In this document: piece by piece, positions 48,801 through 62,809 of the stretch | Numbering within the stretch: position 1 is the stretch's first letter | How the letters are laid out: every line of letters starts with the position of its first letter | Origin: Octopus bimaculoides | Taxonomy: Eukaryota | NCBI RefSeq assembly: GCF_001194135.2 | Contig: NC_068987.1 | Span: 47,426,802 to 47,490,801, forward strand | Length of the DNA stretch: 64,000 nucleotides | Direction of reading: 5' to 3' | Notes under the pieces: model-generated | Database searches by the model: none | What the model saw: only the letters and a program-made list of their open reading frames with translations | Told to the model about the DNA's origin: nothing | Made by a program: the position numbers and the translations under genes

Positions 48801-49404
48801 TGTGTCAGCTAACTTTTTCTCAACAGTTAATCTTTATGCTTTTTAATGCCTTTGACTGTTCACTAAAACATAAAGCTGTTCCTGAAAATAAAAGACATAA
48901 AAAATCATCAAATTTAGCCCGAACATCCTGTATACATTATATTTACCAAATATATTACATATATCACTATATTTACAAAATATATTACATATACCACTAT
49001 GGTTTGATCTGATTATCAAGAAGTTTCTTACTGCTGAATAGACATAAAATGTAGTGTATATATAAATATTGTAAATATACATTCTGAAAACAATAAACAA
49101 CTATCAAAGATTTATATAATTAATGACTCTAATATCTTAATAAAACTATTAGACTATTATATAGGGTGATTCAAATGTGCTCTTAGTAATAGTGGTTTGA
49201 AATTTTGGCACAAAGCCAGCATTTCAGGGGAGTGGGTAAGTTGATTACATTGACCCCAGTGCTCAGCTGATACTTATTTTATCAATCTTGAAAGGATGAA
49301 AGGCAAAGTCAACAATGATGGAATTTGGTCTAGGAATGCCGCTAAGCATTTTGCCTGGCATCCTAACAATTATGTCAGCTCATCATCTTCACTCTTATTA
49401 TTAA

Positions 49405-49603
49405 CCCTTTAGCATTCAGATTATTCTGTCAAATGTAATTCATATTATTTTGCACTATTTCTTAGCTTTAAGATTTCAATGATGTGATTGTTTGTTTTTA
49501 GAATGACATTGTAGGGCAGGTGTAAGGGGCTAAATCTGGCTGGTTTGAATGTAAAATAAGTAGGATATTTGGGCTGGATATGGCTGGTTTAAATGCTAAT
49601 GGG
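49405..49603. mobile_element. piggyBac-type MITE with perfect TTAA duplication
   Basis: TTAA|CCCTTTAGCATT ... AATGCTAATGGG|TTAA. Confidence 0.8.
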
Positions 49604-49739
49604 TTAATATTAATAATGAATGTAAGAAGAACAACTCTAAGAATGTCAAATAAATGAAGAAAATTGTTCTATGAGGTTCTCTTGCAGACTACCTCACTAA
49701 TGAATAGCAGTGATCTCTTTATCACAGCTCTGCCTATGG

Positions 49740-50490
49740 ATATAGTACAAGAAATGAGGAAGGGACAAGGCTTTGGAAACCTGGTCAGTCATCTGATAGC
49801 CTACAAATAATGTGAACATGCAAATTAGAGACTTCCTAGTCATCGGGAAATGGGATAAGTAAATGGTTGTGAATACTAAGTCTTTTTTTTCTAAAGAATA
49901 TACCACTCATCATAGTCTAATGATCAAAGACCTCAATATAAGAGCCAGATTGACTTAGAGGCACAAGGCAATCAAAGGGAGGATATGGAAGCTAAATCCT
50001 TTGGCTAGACTTAAGTTCAAACAAATAGCTGATGTATATGACAAGGAGAAAGAGAAGGAGATAGACTTATAACATAGACTTTCTGTAAATCGACCTGATG
50101 TGAGTCATAGACTAAATCTGTGGATGAAGCAAAATGGAAAGTAACATGATAATGGAATGGTTGAATACATGCTCATAAAAGCTAAAAAGATTAGAAGAAA
50201 GGTAGGAACAAGGAACAATATAAGATAACTAGAGAAGCTAGATATGAAGTATATATGTTGCAATGAGAGGAACTAAAAGTGGTTTATCAATGTTTTGTAA
50301 TGAGAGGATCAGATATGTGAGGTGTTATAGATTGCAAAGCAAGGTGTCAGTAAATCAAGGTGATGTTAAAGAAAAGTGTGTCAGGATGATAGCTGGTACA
50401 GTTTCCTTTATTGATGCCGAAACAAAAGAAAGACATAGAAATGTTGTCATGAGAGTTCATTGGACTAGGAGAATACATGAGATATAGTTC
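49740..50490 (+). mobile_element. Highly decayed RTE endonuclease/linker fragment
   Basis: VSHLIAYK..EHA and VKEKCVRMIAGTVSFIDAE remnants. Confidence 0.45.
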
Positions 50491-50534
50491 ATGTCTGTGC
50501 CCATAAGTTGTTGGTACTTGCAGATACTGTACTT

Positions 50535-51400
50535 TTTCTGAGTACCCAATTTTTTCAAATGCTTGAAAGTGCTATATTAACCTGGTACTCTATCAAATTC
50601 TGCCTTGCTGGAGGACAATGATGACATGTGTTTTAGGTGGGTACTAAGTCTTGGAGGATGTTTAGAGGTGGGTAGAATGCATGTGGAGGAACAACAATCT
50701 TTCAGTAGGTTTATGGTAAAAGTAAAATTTATCTGTTTCTAGATTTAAGGTGACATTTAAAATTTACCTTAGAATGATTGCTATCCAGTTATTCTCTGTC
50801 TTGAATTCTTGAAGAATGTGATGAGACCTTTTAAAATATGTGCAGGGTACAGTTATTCATGTCCCTCAAAAGGATCAGACCATCATCTAGATATATCCCC
50901 ATATCAGTCTCCAAGAATTACTTTTATGTGTTTCATTGAGGATGTATAGGTAAATGCTCACATATTTTGGCTCCATTTTTGGTAGGCATTGTCACATCAA
51001 ACAATTACTCAGTGTTCTTTTTTGTCCATGTGGTATTTTAAAAAATCAAAGAATATCTTGGTATGTAGTATGATCTTTTTCTCTGAATTACTAATTGGGA
51101 AAATGTTACTGACAAAATTCAGTCTTAAGTACAAGTGGCTTTGTAGCTTCATGATTGATGGACAAAAATCCATTGTCAAATTAAGGAAATCTGCTGTTCT
51201 TTTTATCCAGAATTTCCTCTAGCCATGATGTTACTGAGAGACTGTCCCTCTGCAAAGGAAGGTTTACAGCCCTTTTCGGTTTGAGTAAGATACTGTCAAA
51301 TATCCTTTTTCTTGCTAAATCCAACTCTGTTTTTGCTGGGTTTATCAAATAGCAATCTAGGATTGTTGGCATAGTCTGATATGTAGTCTTCTACTGTAAT
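50535..51400 (-). mobile_element. Penelope-like element reverse transcriptase fragment
   Basis: Frameshifted minus-strand remnants LINPAKTEL, WTKKN..LFDVTM, GAKIC, MGIYLDDGL, NFLNVTLNL: the PLE RT motif order. Confidence 0.72.
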
Positions 51401-51759
51401 TTGAGTGGGAATGTATAGCTAAGGATTTTATCTTGTTATTGATCCCCAAACCTGTGGTATTGTCCATGGCCTCCAGGTTAATGGAATTGTAGGCATTAGT
51501 ATGGTTTTCGTGTAAGTATTTGTGATATTATTAGATAGGAGTCTCATGTACATTTTGTGGTCTATATAGAAGTAATGCATTCCTGAAAATCTGACTGTGG
51601 CATGGAATACCATAATGCAAAATTAATTTTCCTGTTGATTTTCATATCAAATGAGATTGTGTTCCTACATGCCTTTTTGAAAAAAAGAAAATAAAGAAGC
51701 ACAAGAAAACAACAAAGAACAACACATTTATACGTGAAAATAACAATTTTGGGACATAC

Positions 51760-52570
51760 ATAGTACAATATAGACACATAAAAACACAAAAACATTTCAA
51801 GAGGAATACATCAGGGAATTAATAAAAACCATAATATCATAAGAACATTCTTACCACAAAAGATGTTGACTACAGTGTGAGGGATTGTTACTAGGAGGAT
51901 GAGGGCTGAAGAGCTTATCCGAAGTTGTTTGTTGTTTATGATGCACATCTCTTTATACAACACTATATAGGTACTGAGCTCATTGTAAACTCCTCTTGTA
52001 ATTTTTATGTTATGTTCACAATTAGGATCATTATCAGCAAAAGCCTGTAGACCTTCTATAAGTGCCAACCCTTTAGCAATAATTTTTGTAGTCAATTTAA
52101 GTGGTGCAGATGGAACTTCCTTCATTTCATCTGTATTTTCAACTTGTTCTTTTTCTAACAGCATCTCTTCTTCATTAAACTTTCTCTTGGGACACTGGCA
52201 ATTCAATTGCATCATCCTCTACAATTTGTTCAAATCCTACATCCTTTGCAAGTTTGATGTAGATTTTCTTCTTGAGGAAAACCTGTGATGTCATGGATAC
52301 AGTGAGGCCATCGAGTAGTATTCTAAGTTGAAGGTTTCACTTCATCCAGTGACTCAGCTATATTATCCACAGCATCCATTATGTTGAATTTCTTCCAGAA
52401 ATCTCTAACTGTAGGTTTATCCTCCCAGTCAGTTGCTTTCATAATTTTCTTGAAAGTTCTCATATAATATGCCTTGAAGTTACCTTCATCCATTGGTTGG
52501 AACAACAAAGTTGTATTCTTGAGGTTATATTCTACTCTCACATTATCAGAAAAGTCATCTAAGTTCAGTG
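51760..52570 (-). mobile_element. pogo/Tigger transposase 3' half
   Basis: TTLLFQPMDEG.FKAYYMR, FWKKFNIMDAVDNIAESLDEVK, acidic C-terminal region. Confidence 0.8.
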
Positions 52571-53199
52571 GGTGGCTTGGTATATTGTCTAAAAGAAGCC
52601 ATGCTTTGTTGGAAATATGTTTGACACTGTACCTTTCTTCCTTCAGATCACACTATGCTATCTTTAATAAAATCTAGGACACACTGGTTAATGTAGCCTT
52701 AGAAACTTTGAATATGAAGTGAGATGGTGGTGACTGGAGTGCCTGTGATCATAGATTTGTTCTAATATTACTAACCAGAGCTAAATAATATAACAAGCTC
52801 ATGAGAGATTCTATATGCAATCTCTTGACCTGCTAGAAGGAGCACCTCTCATTTTGCACACTGCCATCTTAAAACTGGAAGGACATATTAGATAATGTAG
52901 TCCTTGATACTCTATACCAGAAAAGAAGACATGATGGTCTTGGCTGAAACACCTTCAATCATAGATCTACTGAATCTGACCCAGGACTAAACAAGTTTCT
53001 TTGTCTGCTATAAATCACATCCAACTATCTTAAGAAATGGAAGAGCACTTTAGATACTTAGTATTAGATACTGTTTGAATAAAAGATTTGATGGTCACAG
53101 CATTAACACCCTTGATTACCTTGAGATAAAAAGAAGAATCTTATATGCTATAAATTTTTTCTGAAATCTGTTCTGGATACTATGCAGCAATGGATTGTT

Positions 53200-53550
53200 G
53201 ATTAGCAACTCAAGTTGGATGTTGACAAGTGTACCTCTATACATTTTGGGAGAAATAGCTCAGAGCTTATCAACTTTCTCAACAACACCAATCTCAAGAA
53301 ATTTGGAGCTGAACATGACCCACGCATTATTGTCAACAACGTTCTGCACTGGACAAACCACATTTCTAAAAGTATTAAAAAACCCCAAAAAAACAAAGGT
53401 GTCTTAGCATTACTCATTGAGAACATCGAGACCATTGTCAACTGTTCACTGGTTGTTTATTTAAAGCTATATATATATAAATATAGCTATGCTACATCTA
53501 CACTTTGAGTTTGCATTGCCAGTTTGGAATCCTCATCTTGCCCAGAATAT
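53200..53550 (+). mobile_element. CR1/L2-type LINE post-RT fragment
   Basis: DVDKCTSIHFG...EHDPRIIVNNVLHWTNHISK resembles FNxDKCxxMHxG...ERDLGVIV...W..HI. Confidence 0.6.
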
Positions 53551-55459
53551 TGATTTGCTGGTAGCTCATTCAGAGATGTGCAACCCATCAAATACCTTCT
53601 GTCAGTCACTAACCATATCATGAACATCTTGCTTGTCTGGGCATTGAGATACTAAAAGTATTAATATTTTGTGGCTGATTTGGTAGAAGCCCTCAAGATT
53701 AGCTACTATTTTTCCAACAACAACTTTTGGCCACTTTTTAAACTTCAATCTCTCTACTATACATGGACATGCATATAAATTCAAAAAACAGTGCAGCACC
53801 CATGACTTTCATTAAAAATTTTTGACACTCAGAAATATTGAATCATGGAATAAACTACTCACATCAATTGTAAGCTGTCATCCTTTAACAATGACAATGC
53901 TTTCTGAAATTCACCAACACTACTCCTGATGTACCTATGCACCCTTTACTCTTCATGGTGCTTTTAATGATCACTGTTCTGTCTTCTTCCGTTTTATCCT
54001 GAGTACCATGGATGCACTTTCCACTATCATTGTTGTCTACTTTTGACTTATATGCTACTTTCTGTCCACTCTTTTATTCTTTTCTGACATGTTGTCGTGC
54101 ACTTGAGCATTGTATACAATCAACTTATCATTTTTATTACATGAATCTTTTTAGATTGTGATTAAATAACAATGTATTGTCCACTGGTATGGACTGATCC
54201 TGCATATATTTACATCTTTATATCTATGTTGGCTGATCTAGTGACAGAGATATCTTATTAACATATAACTAAAACATTGATGTTAAAATCTGTCATACCT
54301 AGATCATGTTCACTAAGCATAGAAACTGAGGTAAGCCTCACTGAAGTAAGCCCCAGTTTCCAAGGCATATAAGCAACTAAGCGTACAGGATTCCCCATGA
54401 AACAAGACACCAGTCTACTACAATGTTTACTGCCAGTTACTGACAGTTGATAATCTTTGCAGCTAAGTTGACAGCAAATACAGGAGACAAAGTGTATGTT
54501 CAAGGTCACAGTGTGCCACCTGGTGCAGGAATTTAACCTACAACCTTATGATAATGCACTCAACACTCTAATCACTCTAATCATTAGGCCACAGGCTTTG
54601 ACAATTGAAATTTAGTATATTGAATTCACTGGAAACTGAATAAATTGTGAATTCTGTTATGCTTATTACATCCAAATGAAACAAAAAGATTGAGTATTCA
54701 TTGCAAATATCAATAATTATAGAGATACAAGAATATTACCCATCATATGACAGGTAACTTTGAAATTATACTTTTGCCATCAGGAAATATAGCATACATA
54801 GAAATAATTACAATTTAAAGTCTATAAAATATTTCAGTGTGTATACAGAATTAGGAAATGAATATTAATTTTCAATAAGACAAAATATTTATTACTTTAA
54901 GATCAAATCAAAAAAAATTCAAAAAGTAAATAAAAAATGAAAACCATATTCTTTGCATTGATTTTATAGTATGTTAGTTTACACTCTCTTTCTGCACACA
55001 CACACACACACACACTTTAACTCTCTCTGTATCTGTTTTTTATTCTCTCTCCCCATCTCTATACAATGTAAAGCATAACTGAAGATATCAATCAACCAAC
55101 CAACATTTATATCAGCTCTTTTTATTATATGGAGGTAATTAAAATTTCTAAATATAATATGTTTTCCCAATTCTTTCCTTCTCCATTTTTTGAACTACAG
55201 CCCATTATCTTGTTTGAATTCCCAAATTTAATCTTAAATTAGATCATGGTAAGATTATAATTTCAGAAAATTGCCTTTCTGCCAAAAATTAGAGTTTTGG
55301 CACTTAACACGTTGAAATGTTGAAAATCTACTGAATTTGCTAGGAATTGAACACTTGACAGAAACCTTATGAACATGAACTCTGTAAAGGAAAATTGGTT
55401 AAAACATAAGTTTAGAAATATAAGTTTGGTAAATTTACTTGCTAAACTTATCTTACTTC

Positions 55460-55466
55460 AAGTGCG

Positions 55467-55503
<37 letters not shown>

Positions 55504-56813
55504 TTTATGTATACACACTCACAAACACACACACACATGCACACACACATGCACACACACACATTCACATATGTTCACACACATACACATTCACACACAC
55601 ACACATGACACTCACACACACACACATCACACACACACTCATGTAAACTATATATATATATATATATATATATNNNNNNNNNNNNNNNNNNNNNNNNNNN
55701 NNNNNNNNNNNNNNNNNNNNNNNNNNNNNNNNNNNNNNNNNNNNNNNNNNNNNNNNNNNNNNNNNNNNNNNNNNNNNNNNNNNNNNNNNNNNNNNNNNNN
55801 NNNNNNNNNNNNNNNNNNNNNNNNNNNNNNNNNNNNNNNNNNNNNNNNNNNNNNNNNNNNNNNNNNNNNNNNNNNNNNNNNNNNNNNNNNNNNNNNNNNN
55901 NNNNNNNNNNNNNNNNNNNNNNNNNNNTATACATGTACATCTATACAAACATATACACACATACACACATATGTATATATATGTATGTTTACATATATAA
56001 CTATGTATATATGTGTATATATATATGTATGTATATACATGTATATATATGTATATGTATGTATATGTATATGTGTGTATATATAAATATATATATATAT
56101 GTGTGTGTGTGTGTATAAATACAGACATACATTTTATATTATATATTATACACATTAACATATCTATATATTTATATATCTATCTATATACAGACACACA
56201 TATATACATACATGTATACATAAATGCGCACATGCACACACACTCACACACACACACTCACACACACACACATACACATGCACACATGCATGCCCATACA
56301 CAAATGCATGTTAATGTATATACATATGTGTGACTGAATATGTGTGAGCATACATTTATGTATATGTGTGTGTGTGTGTGTGCATTCTGTTTTTTTTTCT
56401 CTCCTTGTTATTGCACATTACTCTTCTAAACAGATTTCAAATATTGGTGATAGAAAACTTTGTACAAACTATTAAACCTAAATACATACATGTGTGCACA
56501 TTTACACACACGTTCACACTTATACATGCACACATACATATGTGCATGCATAAGTGCACATATATCTTTTTATAATCTTTAGGTTTATTAATTTGTACAA
56601 AGTTTTCAATCAATAATATTTAAAATCTGTTTAGAAAAGTCATGTACAAGTGCTGTAACAAGGAGAGAAAAAAACATAAATGTTCTTACACACACACACA
56701 CACACACACAAAGACATCTAGTTCTGTGTATATACACACATAAACATGCGTTTTTGTGAATGTGTATGTGTGTGTGTGCGTGCATGTGCATATACACACT
56801 GAGAGGATAATAC

Positions 56814-56851
<38 letters not shown>

Positions 56852-57104
56852 ATCTATATATATATATATATGTATGTATGTATGTATATATATGTATGTA
56901 TGTATACATGCATGTATGTGTATATATATATATATATATATACACACAAACACACACATGCACATACACACATGCACACTCACACACACACACACACACG
57001 CATGTATATACATCTGTATAACACATTATATAAAAAAACTGAAAGAAAACCAGGATGTAGGGAAGTTGGTGATAGAAATGTAAGAAATGGATGGGAAAGT
57101 AAGT

Positions 57105-57148
<44 letters not shown>

Positions 57149-57798
57149 CAGAGAGAGAGAGAGAGACAGAGAGACAGAGAGAGACAGAGGGAGTTGAGAG
57201 AAGGAAGTTGGGAAGTAAGTAGGTAAGACAGATGAACAGAGAAGGTGCGATAAGCTAATGGATTCATATATTGTATGGATTCCACTGCCTCTCGCACCTT
57301 TTCTAACCCATCACTGCTGGCCAGAAAGTAACTGATGGAGGATGCTACAGAATGGGGAGAACTTCCACTTAACTTCCACATCATCCTATCTTAACAGAAA
57401 GTGTTTCATTCATCTTATATTTACACCCATATATTAGCTGAATGTGCACCCTCGCATGCACGCACACACACACACACACATTCATGAATACAGTGAACAG
57501 ACATTCAGATGTATATACACATGCACACAGTCATGCATATATGGTATTGAATGCATGTGCAAGCACACATACATAAATGTGTTCATAGATTCAGTCAGAC
57601 ATATGTGTGTGCATACACACACACACTTGGTAAACAAGATTTTCTACACTATATGGGTTTGTGTGTGTGTGTGTATGTGTGTGTGTACGCGCGCACACGT
57701 GTGTCGTGTGTGTGTGTGTGTGCGTGTGTGCGTGCATGTGTGTGCATGCATATGCATGTGTATTTGTATGTGGGTGGCTGTAGATACACACACATACG

Positions 57799-57830
<32 letters not shown>

Positions 57831-58220
57831 AACACATATTATCATCATCTTCATTTAATGTCCATGTTTTGTGTTGGAATAGGTTGGACGATTTGACAGG
57901 ATCCAATCAACCCAAGCACTGCATCATATTCCTGCATCTGCTCTGGCGTAGTTTCTATGGCTGGTTACCCTTTCTCATGCCAAATACTTGACAACATGCA
58001 CTGGGTGCTTCTTTTTTTGTGCAATCAGCACAATATATATAAAACAATGCTTCAATAATATATCCATCTAACCCATGCTACCATGGAAAAACTGATGTAA
58101 AATAAAACAAATGTGTGTGTGTGTGTGTGCGTGCGTGCATGTGTGTGTGTGCATGTGTGTGTGCTTGCGTGTGTGTGTACATGTGTGCGTGCATGCATGT
58201 GTGTGTGTGTGTGTGTTGAA
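55460..58220. repeat. Dense compound microsatellite field ((CTAT)n, (CA)n, (TA)n, (GA)n, (TG)n) including a gap
   Basis: Direct reading. Confidence 0.95.
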
Positions 58221-59454
58221 GGGAAATAGCCAAATGGTTAAATTGCTAGTTAAATTGCTGGTTAAATTGTGAGGAAGGTTGTAGATTCAATTCACAGAAC
58301 AGGTGGCACATTGTGCTCTAGCACAAGAGACTTTATTTCACATTACTTTTGTCTACCCAGCTGAAAAATGACTTACCACTGCTGCAGAATATTAGCTCTG
58401 AATCTTACAAATGCAAAACTTCAATGACTTATAATGGAGATGGCAAAATGAGGGAATGAAGTAGTGAATAGATGGATGGATGGTAGCTGTGTCATAAGAA
58501 GTTTGCTTCCCAGCTACATGGTTCCAGGTTCAGTCCTACAGCATGGCACCTTGGACTTTTACCAAAGCCCAGGACTGACCAAAGCCATGTGAGTGGCATA
58601 AAAATGAACATTAACACAAACACACACACACACACACACATCACCATCGTCATCATCATCACTTAATGTCCATATTCTATGGTGAAATTTGGTGGACATA
58701 TATGAATGTATGTGTGTGTGCATGTGTGAGTGTACATATGTGTGTAGTATGGCCAAATGTTTAAGAAGTTCTTGTAAGCATGTGGTACCAGGTTTGATGC
58801 TCATTCTATTCAAACAACTTTGTCAAACTGTCTCTGAAACTTGCTGATAGTCATTGAAATTAGACAGTGCTACTGGAAACTGAAGGTATTTGAACTGAAA
58901 TAGCATATCTAATGAGGGGCAGAGTATGTATAGAATAAAAACAACCAGTCATAATGATGACTTTGATCATATGGAGCATTAAAGTTTTAAAAGCTAGTCT
59001 TACACTGTTACAGAGTTTTGGTGCATCTGGATTTCTAAGCAACATAGTAGATGGCTCCTACCTTCACTTGCAGATTATAAGGATGGACACCAGTTAAAAA
59101 AAAAAGGTAAAGTTACCTTCTCAAATCATGCCAACTCATAAGGGTCGGTTTCCCGGTTTCATGATGTGTGTATTCCCCACCAGGACAGGACATCAGTCCA
59201 TCACAGGATTACTCATTTTTGCCAGCTGAGTGGACTGGAGCAACATGGGATGAAGTGTTTTACTCAAGAACACAATGCATCACCTGGTCCAAGAATCAAA
59301 ACCACAATCTTATGATCATGAGTCCAACATCTTAACCACTAAGCCATGTGAGTCCGAGGGGCACCAGTGGACTGAAGAGAATAAAAAAAAACTCTGTTGG
59401 ATAGTTCATAACATCATTATTGTTAACTACAGTTTAAACTAACTTTTACCACCT

Positions 59455-59745
59455 AGATTAGGCTAGTCCCTGTTGGATTAGGGTGACATTGATATCCTGC
59501 ATAATGTTATTTATCTGAACTAAGATGGCACTCTCACAAAACCACTCCTGGTTTCTGTAATTCTGAGTGAGGTCAGGATTATCTTTTAATAGCATTTCTT
59601 GAAATGTGTTAATGATTGTTATACAATCATTTTGGTATTTTGGAATCTCCATTCTCAGTGTCACCCTTAAATGAAATAAAACTTTCACAAACTGGGCCTC
59701 TGAGATATCACTATCATAGGTTTCTTTGATGCATGCTCTCAACTC
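59455..59745 (-). mobile_element. Helitron PIF1-like helicase fragment
   Basis: PDLTQNYRNQEWFCESAILVQINNIMQDIN matches the Helitron helicase segment NY....WL.ERAILAPxN..V..IN. Confidence 0.7.
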
Positions 59746-59955
59746 CTCAGTAGATATACTTTAGGATCATTGCTAAACTTTGTCAGAAATCCTCAGAAAG
59801 TAAAACTGTAAATCCACTTTTGATATTAAGGTTACCTCTGAGATCTGAGGTACAACCTAGAACTTCAAATGCAAGTCTGTGAGACACATACGTCTCATGC
59901 ATTCATCTAGGTTTACTTCACAGAGAGAGGGGGAAGAGAGAGAGAGGGAGAGGGA

Positions 59956-59986
<31 letters not shown>

Positions 59987-60338
59987 TAAGAGAGATATTG
60001 AAGAAAGACTGATAGAGAAAGAAAAACAAACTGACAATGTTTCATACTTCAAACTAACACTCCTACTCAACTACTACTCCATTACAACTTTCAGTCTCTC
60101 CTTACAAATCATTCCTTGAAGCATTCATATTTTATCTCTTGATATGTATATAATGTAGTAAAATTGATAAAAAAAAAGTACAGCAAACTTGTTGTGAGGA
60201 GTGGAAAATCCAACATTCTTTATGATAGAATTTGCTAAAATAATTAATGCTTTATGTCTATTTATTTCACTGAAGAGTGAGGAACATGATTTTTTTAATT
60301 GTAAACCTTTAGGTGTGTTTGTTTGCTTGTGTGTGAGT

Positions 60339-60393
<55 letters not shown>

Positions 60394-61111
60394 GCGTATG
60401 TGCGTGCATGCGTGTGCACACACACGTATGTATGTGTACATGCGTTCATGTCTGTATGTACTTACGAATGAGTATCTTTTGGTCAAGACTTGTTTTTGAC
60501 TTGTGCATCAATCTATATGCTTCAATCTATCGTTTTCGATTTTATATTTTAATATATCATCAGTCAAAGAACTGTGACTGTTCCCACCAATACCACTTCC
60601 ACATGCCTAAAACTATGAAAATATCAGGTATGTGGGATATCCCAACCATCCCAATGAGACTATTTGACTCTAAGCTGGAAAACTGTTTATCATGTGTCAC
60701 CATGTAGTCCATTTCAAAATAAAACTGCATGGCATATTGATAACATTGGGTTTATATTTGGAGTTTTCCATCACTTAGATGCATGATGTACCTACAATTA
60801 GAGGGTCTACCAATCCCAATTGTCTCATTGAACACTCAGTCACCAACTTGTATATTTCAATGTCTCCACATAATTTTTTTAGTGAGGAAAATACATAAAA
60901 ATTTTCAAAAATCAAATGAGAAAAAGAAAGCCAAGTAGATAGTGGTGGTGTATTAATAAATGTTTTTTTCTTAAAGTGAGAAAGCTTTCCCTTCTTATAC
61001 AAGTGGCATAATGCAGTGAAAAGTAGATGTGAAGATATCAAATTGGTAAGAGGGGTAAGCAAATGGAGACGCTTAGCACATACAGAATGGGAAAAGGGCT
61101 CAGCGGTACAT

Positions 61112-61151
<40 letters not shown>

Positions 61152-61224
61152 CTACACCTTATTAAACAAACTTTACCAGAACCAAAATTTCAGGTCAGGT
61201 TTTGTCCAAAACTCCTTGTTGCCA

Positions 61225-61230
61225 ATAGGC

Positions 61231-61277
<47 letters not shown>

Positions 61278-61450
61278 CCAACAGCATCATCATCATTTAA
61301 TGATCTCTTTCCAAATTGTCATGGATTGGTTAGTCTGGAAGGAGCTGGCAAGTCAGAAAGCTGTGCCAAGCTCTACTGTCTGCTTTGGCATGGTTTCTAT
61401 GGCTGGATGCCTTTTCTAACACCAACCACTTCACAGTCCGTACTGGGTGC
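61225..61450 (-). mobile_element. RTE-type 3' end with expanded (CAT)n tail
   Basis: More than 20 CAT units followed by the antisense 3' UTR shared with the 3603 and 57840 copies. Confidence 0.75.
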
Positions 61451-61561
61451 TCTCTCTCTCTCTCTCTCTTTCTCTCTCTACATATATATATATATATCAA
61501 ACAATGAGAATGAATGCTCAACACTGCATTGGTGGATAATGATTCTTTACTTGTGTATTAA

Positions 61562-61755
61562 GGCTCCCACTTGTTTCGTGTTAAGAAAAATCTTAACAAT
61601 TTTTCACATAGGAACATTGGTGTTCATCTCCATTTTGGATTAAAATATGGTGACTTTTTGTGCTTCAATCCAAAATGGAGACAAACACCAATTTTTCTAT
61701 GGGATCAGCTTGAAAAATTGTTAAGATTTTTCTTAACATGAAACCAATGGTAGCC
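61562..61755. mobile_element. Palindromic MITE, TTAA duplication, GG...CC ends (Kolobok-like)
   Basis: TTAA|GGCTCCCAC...GTTAAGAAAAATCTTAACAATTTTTCA mirrored by TGAAAAATTGTTAAGATTTTTCTTAAC...GGTAGCC|TTAA. Confidence 0.75.
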
Positions 61756-62809
61756 TTAATATTCAAACAAAGTATGTATAAATATATATATATATATATA
61801 TCCTCATCATCATCATCATCATCATCATCATCGTCGTCATCGTCATCATTTAACGTCTGTTGTCCATGCTGATATATATATATNNNNNNNNNNNNNNNNN
61901 NNNNNNNNNNNNNNNNNNNNNNNNNNNNNNNNNNNNNNNNNNNNNNNNNNNNNNNNNNNNNNNNNNNNNNNNNNNNNNNNNNNNNNNNNNNNNNNNNNNN
62001 NNNNNNNNNNNNNNNNNNNNNNNNNNNNNNNNNNNNNNNNNNNNNNNNNNNNNNNNNNNNNNNNNNNNNNNNNNNNNNNNNNNNNNNNNNNNNNNNNNNN
62101 NNNNNNNNNNNNNNNNNNNNNNNNNNNNNNNNNNNNNNNNNNNNNNNNNNNNNNNNNNNNNNNNNNNNNNNNNNNNNNNNNNNNNNNNNNNNNNNNNNNN
62201 NNNNNNNNNNNNNNNNNNNNNNNNNNNNNNNNNNNNNNNNNNNNNNNNNNNNNNNNNNNNNNNNNNNNNNNNNNNNNNNNNNNNNNNNNNNNNNNNNNNN
62301 NNNNNNNNNNNNNNNNNNNNNNNNNNNNNNNNNNNNNNNNNNNNNNNNNNNNNNNNNNNNNNNNNNNNNNNNNNNNNNNNNNNNNNNNNNNNNNNNNNNN
62401 NNNNNNNNNNNNNNNNNNNNNNNNNNNNNNNNNNNNNNNNNNNNNNNNNNNNNNNNNNNNNNNNNNNNNNNNNNNNNNNNNNNNNNNNNNNNNNNNNNNN
62501 NNNNNNNNNNNNNNNNNNNNNNNNNNNNNNNNNNNNNNNNNNNNNNNNNNNNNNNNNNNNNNNNNNNNNNNNNNNNNNNNNNNNNNNNNNNNNNNNNNNN
62601 NNNNNNNNNNNNNNNNNNNNNNNNNNNNNNNNNNNNNNNNNNNNNNNNNNNNNNNNNNNNNNNNNNNNNNNNNNNNNNNNNNNNNNNNNNNNGAGAGAAA
62701 TGAAGGTAATTAAGGTATACTGATATACAATATATGTGTATGAAGATTAGGCACTCTATGAAAATTTAGATTTAAATCTAGTAGAGGCTGGAATATTTAG
62801 AAAAATCAG

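Noticed and set aside
55369-57991. Many long ORFs rich in YI/HT/CV
   Set aside because: Translations of (TA)n/(CA)n microsatellites and N runs; the same applies at 123-930, 41340-41794, 45373-45801 and 60125-60707.
61063-61419. Poly-histidine protein
   Set aside because: It is the (CAT)n tail of an antisense RTE-type 3' end.
61860-62723. 287-aa ORF
   Set aside because: Almost entirely N gap.
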